Positions 18,310 to 26,038 of a DNA stretch of 37,806 nt are shown here, one piece after another. Below the pieces are notes generated by a model. It was not told the origin of the DNA. It did no database searches and saw only the letters and a program-made list of their open reading frames with translations. Each line of letters starts with the position of its first letter. The stretch's first letter is position 1. A program made the position numbers and the translations under genes. The DNA comes from Verrucomicrobiota bacterium (GTDB lineage Bacteria > Verrucomicrobiota > Verrucomicrobiia > Chthoniobacterales > JAFAMB01), in assembly GCA_019243005.1 (NCBI GenBank), contig JAFAUY010000327.1, positions 1 through 37,806 of the forward strand, in the 5' to 3' direction.

Positions 18310-18720
18310 CTAGGCAACTCCCTTTCTTTGGTCCACCACGTTTAAGATGGCCTGAACCAAGTTACCCGGTTTAGTGGGTTTGGCCAGGTGCAGCGCGAAT
18401 CCAGCCTCCCGGGTCCGTATCCGCTCTTCCGGACTGGCGTGAGCCGAAAGCGCAATCATCGGCACCCTTCCGCCCGACTCCGGCCCTAGCGCGCGGACTT
18501 CTCGAATCAGCGTGTAACCATCCATTTCCGGCATCGCCAGATCTGCAACCACCACGTCCGGTCGCAGGATGCGGATCGCAGCCAACCCTTCCTGCCCGTT
18601 CGCACCGGTCGTAACTTGTGCGCCGTACATCTCGAGAATCCGGCTGGTTGATTCCCGGGTGTCCGCGTGATCCTCGACAAGAACGATTCTAACCCCTACC
18701 AACTCGTACACGCTAATCAC
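18310..18720 (-). CDS. Single-domain response regulator (CheY-like receiver only)
   Basis: RIVLVEDHADTRE, the phospho-acceptor context VVVADLAMPEMDGY, and LSAHAS...AGFALHLAKP. GTG start. No output domain, and no histidine kinase in the window. Confidence 0.8.
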   Translation of the reverse strand: MISVYELVGVRIVLVEDHADTRESTSRILEMYGAQVTTGANGQEGLAAIRILRPDVVVADLAMPEMDGYTLIREVRALGPESGGRVPMIALSAHASPEERIRTREAGFALHLAKPTKPGNLVQAILNVVDQRKGVA

Positions 18721-18797
18721 AACGGCACACGAGCGTTCAAGCCCCGATTTGCGCAGCTGATAACCGGCCTTTGCGCCGGGCCGGCTTGAACATCCAT
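18717..18797 (-). CDS. Candidate 26-codon upstream ORF translationally coupled to the response regulator
   Basis: On the minus strand, AAGGAGG (18811-18805) is followed by 7 nt and then ATG at 18797. The product is MDVQAGPAQRPVISCANRGLNARVPL. Its TGA overlaps the regulator GTG start as GTGA. No homology evidence. Confidence 0.25.
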   Translation of the reverse strand: MDVQAGPAQRPVISCANRGLNARVPL

Positions 18798-19187
18798 GGT
18801 CCTGCCTCCTTTATCTGATGATCATCTCCGTCATTAATGGCCTGCGCGCGGACGGGCCTGCGTGCGCTCCACCGGTAGTACCACCGCGAATAAAAACGCC
18901 TGAATAATCGCTATCATCCGTCCTGATCCGCTTTCGTCTTAATTCTGAGAACTACATCGCCATAAACGTCTGCGGGATTGCCGGCATGATTTTTACACCC
19001 GCGGTCGAATCCGCTCAAGCGTGCCTTACAAGATTTTGTTTCGCCAGCGATCAACCATCCCGTTCCCATTCCAAGCAAAGCGGACACCTGCGCAACGGCG
19101 CCGGTTGTGCGAGAATAACGGCCGTAAAACGGAGGCCCGGACCACGCCGGCCGGCGATCGGATTCTGAGGCCGAGTGAAAGCAACCG

Positions 19188-20111
19188 GTGTCAGCGCATT
19201 TTCCAACCGTTAGTTTGCATCACCTGGATGCGCTTTGGTTCCAGGTCGCGGGAACTTTATGCAACCTCCGCTGCAACCATTGTTTCATCTCGTGTTCGCC
19301 CGAGAACCAGACGCTGCCCATGATGTCGCTCGCGCAAGTCGAAGACCATGTGCGGAAGGCGGTTGAGTTGGGGGTCAAGGAATTCTATTTCACCGGCGGC
19401 GAGCCATTTCTTCATCCGCAGATCGAGCAGATGCTGTCCGCGGCACTGGCGGTCGGGCCGGTGACGGTGCTCACCAACGCCACGCGATTCACCCCGGAGC
19501 GCGTCGCGGCGCTCGCACGTCTCCGGGACGCGTCGCCGTATTCGCTGGAACTGCGGACCAGCCTGGACGGATTTTCATCCGAAACGAACGACCCTATCCG
19601 CGGTTGGGGATCTTTCCAACGCATCCTGCATGGGATCAGGCTGCTGCTGGAGGGCGGTTTTCTGCCCATCATCACCGCGATGCGCAGTTGGCCGGTTGAT
19701 CAGGATGAGGCACAACTCGCCGGTTTCCGGAATCTCCTTGCGGCGATGGGGTACCGTTACCCGAGGATGAAGCTTCTACCCTCGTTAAAACTCGGGCAGG
19801 AGGTTCGGCGGGACCGCGGTTACGCGGAACACGAATACCTGACCGAGTCGATGATGGCGGGGTTCGATCCCGGCCACTTGATGTGTTCGAGCGGCCGGAT
19901 CGTGAGCGCCCGCGGCGTCCACGTCTGCCCGATCCTGGTCGATTGGCCCGATTCTTACCTTGGCGCCTCGTTGCACGAGGGACAGGCGCAGTACACGCTC
20001 AGGCACCAGGCGTGCCTGACGTGCTATCAGTTCGGCGCGCTCTGCGCCAATGCGTCTTCCTCCGCGCCAAGCCTCGAACAAACCCGGCGGCACGGCCGCG
20101 ACCCGTCATGA
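19188..20111 (+). CDS. Radical SAM protein with C-terminal Cys-rich region
   Basis: CNLRCNHC (CxxxCxxC), FTGGEPFLHP, and the C-terminal cysteines MCSSGRIVSARGVHVCP and ACLTCYQFGALC. GTG start is uncertain. Confidence 0.8.
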   Translation: MSAHFPTVSLHHLDALWFQVAGTLCNLRCNHCFISCSPENQTLPMMSLAQVEDHVRKAVELGVKEFYFTGGEPFLHPQIEQMLSAALAVGPVTVLTNATRFTPERVAALARLRDASPYSLELRTSLDGFSSETNDPIRGWGSFQRILHGIRLLLEGGFLPIITAMRSWPVDQDEAQLAGFRNLLAAMGYRYPRMKLLPSLKLGQEVRRDRGYAEHEYLTESMMAGFDPGHLMCSSGRIVSARGVHVCPILVDWPDSYLGASLHEGQAQYTLRHQACLTCYQFGALCANASSSAPSLEQTRRHGRDPS

Positions 20112-20956
20112 CCGGTCAAACGCGCATCGGCCTGTTTGGTGGGGTCTACTCCAACGCCCTCGCCTTGCGCGCCCTGTTGCAGGACGCCGGAATGCGAGGC
20201 CTCGACCGTCTTTACTGCCTGGGTGACCTCGGTGCGTTCGGGCCCTACCCGGACCGCGTCTGCGAGGTGCTGCGTGCCACCGGCATCCCCGTGATCCAGG
20301 GTAATTACGACCATTCGCTTGGTAACGGGCTGGCCGACTGCCGGTGCGGGTATACCGACCCCCGCGACAACTATTTCGCCAAGCTCTCTTACGACTACAC
20401 CTTCAGCCGGACCAGTACCGGCCACAAATGCTGGCTGGCGCAACTGCCGGCCGAATTGCGCCTGACCATCGGTCCCTGGCGAGTCCTGCTCTGCCATGGG
20501 TCACCACGAAAAACCAACGAGTTCCTTTGGGAAACGGCCACGTCCGATGCGTTTCTGGCGTGGTTATTCAAACGTTACGAGTGCGATGTGATCGTCGCGA
20601 CCCATACCGGTTTGCCGTGGGCCCGCGAAGTCACGGTGCAGGCCGGTTGCCAGGCTCATGCGGCTCAAGCCGACGGGGTTCCGCGATCGGGGTGGTTCGT
20701 TAATTGCGGCGCGATCGGCCGGCCGGCCAATGACGGACGGACCACCGTAATCTACGCGGTGCTCTCGCTGCCGCACACGATGCTCCGCAAACCCGAGGTC
20801 AAGTTCGTGCGGCTGGCGTACGACCACGAACGGTTTGCCGGTGAGATGCGCGCTGAAGGATTGCCGGAGGAATTTGTGCAAACCATCCTTACCGGGTGGT
20901 GGACGACTTGCAACGAAATCCTGCCGGCCAAAGAGCGAGCCCGGGGCAGGTATTGA
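20108..20956 (+). CDS. Metallophosphoesterase family protein with a degenerate first metal-binding motif
   Basis: ORF 19883..20956. ATG 20108 overlaps the radical SAM stop (ATGA). Motifs: IGLFGGVYSN in place of the D.H motif, CLGDLG, QGNYD, a CRCGY insert, CHGSP, ATHTG. Confidence 0.75.
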   Translation: MTGQTRIGLFGGVYSNALALRALLQDAGMRGLDRLYCLGDLGAFGPYPDRVCEVLRATGIPVIQGNYDHSLGNGLADCRCGYTDPRDNYFAKLSYDYTFSRTSTGHKCWLAQLPAELRLTIGPWRVLLCHGSPRKTNEFLWETATSDAFLAWLFKRYECDVIVATHTGLPWAREVTVQAGCQAHAAQADGVPRSGWFVNCGAIGRPANDGRTTVIYAVLSLPHTMLRKPEVKFVRLAYDHERFAGEMRAEGLPEEFVQTILTGWWTTCNEILPAKERARGRY

Positions 20957-21002
20957 TTGCGCGATGTTTCAGTCGCCTTTATCCCGGAGGCCTCCCCGCC
21001 GG

Positions 21003-22640
21003 CTACCGCTGAATCCGAATGATGAATTGCAGCGCGACGTTGTCCGGCCGAACCTCTCCTTGCTGCTTCATCACGGGTCCTAGGTCACCTCGCAACGCGA
21101 TGGCATCAACCTCCGCATCGCCTCCAGGCACCTGCGCTTGCGGTTGGGACGGCGCTTGCGGCGGTGATGCTTGGGCTTGGATCGGGGCGGGATTCGGTCC
21201 TTCTCCGCCGCCTTGGATCGGGGCGGTCGCTACCCCTTCCGAGCCGCCTTGCGCCTGAGCGCCATTCGGTCCTTCCCCGCCTGGTGCGGCTGCCGCCCGC
21301 GGGGCGGCATTGGTCGGCTCCTCCGCGCCACCAACCGGGAACGTCCTGAGGTCGTTCCCGGGTTTCAGTTGCTCCCTCCGCTGGGTTTGATAAAGAAACA
21401 GATTTTTGGCCGGTTGCGTCCCGAGGCCACCGGCTACCCGCAGATCGGAAACGTCGTGGGTATGTTGCGGCAACTTCGCGGCTTGCTTACTCCCGATCTC
21501 ACGGGGCGCATCTTCGTCGACCTTATCAGGGTCGCCGTTTTTACGAGTGTCAGCCCCGCGGACAAAAAACCCCCTCAAATCCGGGACGTGGACGGCTCGT
21601 CCGCCATCCGTGGTCCAGTAGGCATCTCTGAAAAGCTGGCAGAAGTCAGGGGCGTCTTCACTCGTAACCGGTTGGCCATCGCAAATTCGCCACTTTGCCG
21701 GTGGCTTGGCCGCGAGCGGCCACATCAGAATGCTGCCGATCGGCATCTGCTCCAGAACGAGATGGCCCACGTTACCCTCCAAGTCTTTGACCAAGGCCTT
21801 GAATTCAGCCTCTTTCACCGTCAGCACCGCATCATAATTGCGAATGATGATCTGGAAATCTTCGATAACCTGACGTGCTTGTTCGTACTGGCTTTTTGCC
21901 TCGCTCAGATCTTTGGAAGCATCCGCCGCCTGACCTTTGGCCCGGTCAACCTCATCCTGAATTGGCCGGAGCCTGTTTTCCGCCGCATTAACGCGCTGCA
22001 CCAGTTCGTCCAGCCGCCCTTTGTTTTCACCGCCGACCCGCTGAATCGACTCCCGCAGCGAGGCAAGTTGATTGCCCAGTTGCTGAAGGTCAGCCTTGGT
22101 TACCCCCTGCAGCGAGTCCCGCAACGAGGCGAGCTCATTCTTCAGTCGTGCAAAGTCGGCCCCCGTCACCCCTTGCAGCGAGTCCCGCAGCGAAGCAATC
22201 TCGTTGTTCGATCGCTGGAGGTCGGCTTTGCTGACGCCTTGCACCGATTCGCGTACCGAGCGAAGTTCGTTGTCTAATCGCTGCAGGTCGGCCCGGCTGA
22301 CTCCCTGGAGCGATTCGCGCAGCGGGCGCAGTTCGTTATCCAACCGCTGGGCGTCAGCCCGGCTGGCTGCCTGGACCGAGTCCCGTACTGAACGAAGTTC
22401 GTTGTCCAGCCTCCGCGCGTCGGCCCTGGATTGGCTGCTGACCAGGCCCGCGGTTACGAGTGAGACGATTACCGCGATGATGGGCGCGATGATCGCAATG
22501 ATGAGCATCCCCTCTTCCGGCCGCAGGTCGCGGTGCCACTCCCGCCACCAGGGCTCTCGAGGGGACGGCTGCGCACCGGGGGCCCGTTCCGGGGGTTCGC
22601 CGCTTGCTGGGGGAATGCCGTTGTCTGGGGGTTCGCTCAT
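21003..22640 (-). CDS. Membrane-anchored coiled-coil repeat protein with a phage tail-collar-like (MdpB-like) C-terminal domain
   Basis: ORF 21003..22658, with ATG at 22640 (MSEPPDNG). Pro-rich N-terminus, then a TM helix MLIIAIIAPIIAVIVSLVTAGLV, then six to seven 22-aa repeats (SRADxxRLDNELRSVRESVQGV). The tail-collar pattern follows: MPIGSILMWP...KWRICDGQPV...LF...VPDLRGFFVRGAD...LPQHTHDV...NVALQFIIRIQR. Confidence 0.8.
   Translation of the reverse strand: MSEPPDNGIPPASGEPPERAPGAQPSPREPWWREWHRDLRPEEGMLIIAIIAPIIAVIVSLVTAGLVSSQSRADARRLDNELRSVRDSVQAASRADAQRLDNELRPLRESLQGVSRADLQRLDNELRSVRESVQGVSKADLQRSNNEIASLRDSLQGVTGADFARLKNELASLRDSLQGVTKADLQQLGNQLASLRESIQRVGGENKGRLDELVQRVNAAENRLRPIQDEVDRAKGQAADASKDLSEAKSQYEQARQVIEDFQIIIRNYDAVLTVKEAEFKALVKDLEGNVGHLVLEQMPIGSILMWPLAAKPPAKWRICDGQPVTSEDAPDFCQLFRDAYWTTDGGRAVHVPDLRGFFVRGADTRKNGDPDKVDEDAPREIGSKQAAKLPQHTHDVSDLRVAGGLGTQPAKNLFLYQTQRREQLKPGNDLRTFPVGGAEEPTNAAPRAAAAPGGEGPNGAQAQGGSEGVATAPIQGGGEGPNPAPIQAQASPPQAPSQPQAQVPGGDAEVDAIALRGDLGPVMKQQGEVRPDNVALQFIIRIQR
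21177..21281 (-). repeat. Three imperfect tandem repeats of about 36 bp (12-aa G/P/Q-rich units) inside the CDS
   Basis: TTGGATCGGGGCGG occurs at 21177 and 21213, and ATTCGGTCCTTC(T/C)CCGCC occurs twice. The units encode GGEGPNGAQAQ, GGSEGVATAPIQ and GGGEGPNPAPIQ. Confidence 0.7.
22023..22430 (-). repeat. About six tandem 66-bp repeats inside the CDS (22-aa coiled-coil units)
   Basis: Plus-strand units start at 22023, 22089, 22155, 22221, 22287 and 22353, each beginning GTC(A/G)GCC and sharing the core GCAGCGAGTCCCGCA(A/G)CGA. The first two full units match at 47 of 66 positions in my hand alignment. Confidence 0.85.
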
Positions 22641-22760
22641 ACCGTGATTTAAGTGCAAGAGACCCCGGATGGCTAGGGCAATTTACCGGCAACTGAGAAA
22701 GCTTGGTCGCGGCGGTACCCGTGTCCATGCTGGCAAACTGAAACGAGTCTGCCCCCCACG

Positions 22761-23213
22761 ATGCCCCGCATCCAAACCGTTTTCCTCTTTAACCTCGATG
22801 GCACGCTGGTAGACAGCGTTTACCAGCACGTCCTTGCCTGGCGGGACGCCCTGGATCAGGAGAAAATCCATCCGTCGGTCCGGCGCATTCACCGAAGGAT
22901 CGGCAGGAGCGGCGGCTTGTTTACCAACCTGCTGCTGAGGGAAACCGGTCTTGAAATCAGTCCGGAGCGCGTGGAACGGCTCCGCCGGCTGCACGCCAAG
23001 GTTTACGCGCGTCATCGCCACGAGGTCAGGCCTCTGCCCGGCGCCCGCGAACTTCTCAATTACCTGACCGAAACGGGAGTCCCGTGGGCGATTGCCACCA
23101 GCGGCCGCATGGAAACGGCGAGGCTGAACCTGCACGCGCTCAAGGTCGATCCGGCCGTCGCTGAAGTTCTTTCCGGGCCGACCGGACACGCTCACCCGGC
23201 GAAACTGTTGTGA
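22761..23213 (+). pseudogene. HAD-IA hydrolase (phosphoglycolate phosphatase-like), C-terminally truncated
   Basis: Motif I FLFNLDGTLVDS and motif II IATSG are present. The ORF stops at 150 aa, at about the position where the motif III lysine is expected (VLSGPTGHAHPAKLL*). No motif IV (DD) follows, and the next gene starts 16 nt later. Confidence 0.5.
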
Positions 23214-23229
23214 TGAAAGTAAACAGCTT

Positions 23230-23931
23230 ATGTCTCCCACGATAGGGTGGCCGGAAGTGGCGTTGCGGTTAGCCCTTACGGTGTTGGCGGGGGGCTTGAT
23301 CGGCCTTAACCGGGGCGAGCACGGCCAGCCGGCCGGGCTGCGCACCACGCTGCTCGTCTGTCTGGCTGCCTCCCTCAGCATGCTTCAAGTCAACCTTCTG
23401 CTGGACACGGCAGGCAAGACCCCCAGCTCGTTTTCGGTGCTGGACCTGATGCGCCTGCCGCTCGGCATCCTGACCGGCATGGGGTTCATCGGAGCCGGGG
23501 CGGTTGTGCGAAAAGACGGCCTCGTGCTGGGCCTGACCACCGCGGCCGCCCTGTGGTTCGTCACGGTGTTGGGACTCTGCTTTGGCGGGGGCCAATTGGC
23601 GTTAGGCTTGGCGGCGCTGGCGTTGGGCCTCGTCGTCCTGTGGGGCTTGAAATTGGTTGAAAAGCGCTGGAAACAGGATCGGCACGCCACCCTGACGTTG
23701 ACGTTGGCGGACACCGGCGAGGGTCCGGGCGAAGATGAAATCAGCGCCCGCTTCACGGCTACCGGCTACCAAACCGATATCTGGGCGATGACCTACGACG
23801 AACGGGTTCACGAGCGGCAACTCAGCATCGGAGTGCGCTGGCGCGCTTGCCCGAATGATCCACAGCCGCCCCCGTTTCTCCACCGCCTCGCGCGGCAACC
23901 CGGTGTCCTCAAACTCGAGTGGAAACCGTAG
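23230..23931 (+). CDS. mgtC: MgtC/SapB family membrane protein
   Basis: LALTVLAGGLIGLNRGEHGQPAGLRTTLLVCLAASL, four to five TM helices, then a soluble C-terminal domain. Confidence 0.8.
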   Translation: MSPTIGWPEVALRLALTVLAGGLIGLNRGEHGQPAGLRTTLLVCLAASLSMLQVNLLLDTAGKTPSSFSVLDLMRLPLGILTGMGFIGAGAVVRKDGLVLGLTTAAALWFVTVLGLCFGGGQLALGLAALALGLVVLWGLKLVEKRWKQDRHATLTLTLADTGEGPGEDEISARFTATGYQTDIWAMTYDERVHERQLSIGVRWRACPNDPQPPPFLHRLARQPGVLKLEWKP

Positions 23932-23990
23932 GCGGCGATGAAGCGGGCCTGCCCTGGAATCGGCGGGTCCCCGGCCCGCATCAGGTAACC

Positions 23991-24953
23991 TCACGGGATC
24001 AGGACGATTTTTCCGTGGGCGCCGGGCTCCATCAGCAGCTGATGGGCTCGTGCAGCCTCGGCCAAGGGCAACTCGCGCCCCACCACCGGTTTCAAAGTCC
24101 CATTCTCCAGGCCCGCCACCAAGGCGGCGTGAATGCCGGCGAGTTCTGTCTCCGGTGTGTTCCACAAGGTCATTCCAAGGACGGCGGCGTCGCGGCTCAT
24201 GGCGTCACGCGGGTTGATTTGCACGGTTCCCCGGCTGCCGACGATCACAATCCGGCCAGAACGAGCGACCGCCGTCAGGTCTTTGCCGAGATTTACGTTG
24301 GCCAGCATCTCAATGATGACATCAACGCCGCGGCCCCCGGTGAGCTCACGGAGTTTATCCAGGTACTCCGGAGAATGATGATCCAAAATGTGGTGCGCAC
24401 CTTCGCGGCGGATGAGTTCCCGGCCTTTGTCCGTGCCGGCGGTTCCGATCACCGTCAAGCCATGAGCCCGGGCAAGCTGCACGGCCGCGGTACCCACCCC
24501 GCCGCTCGCGCCGTGGATCAAAACCGTCTCTCCGGGCTGCGCCTTGGCCCGATAGAACAAGGCACGGTAGGCGGTCGCGCAGGGCACATTCACGGCCGCG
24601 CCCTGCGAAAACGACACGTTTGGTGGCAGCGGATGAATCTGAGCGGATTTGCAGAGGGTGAATTCGGCGTAGGAACCGGTAATGGTTCCGCCGGTATAGA
24701 CGCGTGTCCCCTGGTCTATGCCCGCCGCGTCGGGGCCGGCTTCGGCCACAATGCCTCCGGCATCTGTACCGAGGGTAAAGGGTAATTGGGGTTTTACAGG
24801 GTAGGTACCGGCCCGGATGTAGGTTTCGAACGGGTTCACCCCCGCTGCCTTTACCTGCACCAAAACTTCCCCGGGCCCAGGCTTCGGGGTTGGGACGTCC
24901 TCCAACCTCAGTACCTCCGGACCGCCGAACTGATGGATCCGAATAGCTTTCAT
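23991..24953 (-). CDS. NADPH:quinone oxidoreductase / zeta-crystallin-like MDR family
   Basis: MKAIRIHQFGGPEVLRLEDVPTPKPGPGEVLVQVKAAGVNP, and the Rossmann motif HGASGGVGTAAVQLA. Confidence 0.85.
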   Translation of the reverse strand: MKAIRIHQFGGPEVLRLEDVPTPKPGPGEVLVQVKAAGVNPFETYIRAGTYPVKPQLPFTLGTDAGGIVAEAGPDAAGIDQGTRVYTGGTITGSYAEFTLCKSAQIHPLPPNVSFSQGAAVNVPCATAYRALFYRAKAQPGETVLIHGASGGVGTAAVQLARAHGLTVIGTAGTDKGRELIRREGAHHILDHHSPEYLDKLRELTGGRGVDVIIEMLANVNLGKDLTAVARSGRIVIVGSRGTVQINPRDAMSRDAAVLGMTLWNTPETELAGIHAALVAGLENGTLKPVVGRELPLAEAARAHQLLMEPGAHGKIVLIP

Positions 24954-24970
24954 GATGTCGCACGCAGGCG

Positions 24971-26038
24971 TCAGGCCGCCGGCCGCAGCGCAGCCGTTGG
25001 CGGCTGTGGCGGGTGACTCCGCAGCCGTTCGTAGAGGGCCAGGTAATCCTTCGCCATGCGCCGGGCGGTGAAGCGTTTTTCAAAAGATGCGCGGCAATCG
25101 GCTCGGGAGAGCCGATCAACCCGGGCAACGGCCTGCACGGCTTCCTCCTGGCTGGAGACGATAAAACCCGTTACCCCCGATTCAAGAACCTCCGGAACCG
25201 CCCCATGGCCGTAGGCAATGACGGGCGTACCGCATGCCAGCGCCTCGATCATGACCAGCCCGAAAGGCTCAGGCCAATCGATCGGGAACAGCAGCGCTCG
25301 AGCCCGACCTAAAAAACTGTCCTTTTCAGCTTCGCTGATCTCACCGACGAACTCGACCAACGGATGGGTCAGCAGGGGGCGGATCACCGCGTTGAAATAA
25401 GCACGGTCAGCCCGGTCCACTTTAGCGGCGATTTTGAGCGGCAGGCCGGCGCGGCTTGCGATCTCGATCGCACGGTCGACCCGCTTTTCCGGGCTCACCC
25501 GGCCAAGGAAGGCCAGGTAACCGTCGGACCGAGGGCGAAAAGCGTGGAGCCCCCGCGGCAAACCGTGCGGCACAGTTCCGACCCAGCATGCGTGTGACAA
25601 CGGCGCGCGCTGGGCTTTCGAAATCGAAACGACGGGCAAGTCGTTAAATTCGGCAAATAAGGGGGCCAGGTCGGGCAGGTCAAGCCGTCCGTGCAGCGTC
25701 GTTACCGTGGGCGTAAGGCCGCGGCGCGCCAGTGGGAAGTGCAGGAAATCGATATGAAAGTGCAGGATGTCGAACTCGGCGGCTTGGCTGAAGACCCGCT
25801 CGACCAAGCGGACGTGGTGGGTGATCGGGTCGGTAATCTGTTTGCCCTGGAGGCGTAACGCCCGTTCGCCGATGGCTACCAGACGAGCGCGCGTCCGGGA
25901 GTCGCCGCTGGCAAACAACGTGACCTCATGGCCCAAGGCCACCAACGCCTCGGTCAGGTAAGATACAACCCGTTCCGTGCCGCCGTACAATTGCGGCGGC
26001 ACACTTTCATAAAGAGGGGCAATCTGCGCAATTCTCAT
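24971..26038 (-). CDS. Glycosyltransferase family 4 (GT-B fold)
   Basis: ORF 24971..26110. MRIAQIAPLYESVPPQLYGGTERVV starts at ATG 26038, preceded by GAGGAAAAAGG. The C-terminal motif EPFGLVMIEALACGTPVIA is present. Confidence 0.85.
   Translation of the reverse strand: MRIAQIAPLYESVPPQLYGGTERVVSYLTEALVALGHEVTLFASGDSRTRARLVAIGERALRLQGKQITDPITHHVRLVERVFSQAAEFDILHFHIDFLHFPLARRGLTPTVTTLHGRLDLPDLAPLFAEFNDLPVVSISKAQRAPLSHACWVGTVPHGLPRGLHAFRPRSDGYLAFLGRVSPEKRVDRAIEIASRAGLPLKIAAKVDRADRAYFNAVIRPLLTHPLVEFVGEISEAEKDSFLGRARALLFPIDWPEPFGLVMIEALACGTPVIAYGHGAVPEVLESGVTGFIVSSQEEAVQAVARVDRLSRADCRASFEKRFTARRMAKDYLALYERLRSHPPQPPTAALRPAA

Noticed and set aside
19188-20111. Assignment of the radical SAM protein to viperin-like (pVip) antiviral enzymes or to ArsS.
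   Set aside because: Only the generic CxxxCxxC context is shared. The rest (FTGGEPFLHP and the C-terminal Cys cluster) looks like a generic SPASM/twitch-type enzyme. I have no neighbourhood evidence for either role.
20987-20996. A 10-bp palindrome, GGAGGCCTCC, between the convergent metallophosphoesterase and tail-collar genes, considered as a terminator.
   Set aside because: It has no loop and no flanking U/A tract, so it is unlikely to form a stable terminator hairpin.
21003-22640. Interpreting the tail-collar gene as a prophage or tailocin remnant.
   Set aside because: The flanking genes are ordinary cellular genes, and no integrase, att-like repeats, capsid, tail or lysis genes are visible. 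The N-terminal TM anchor also does not fit a virion protein.
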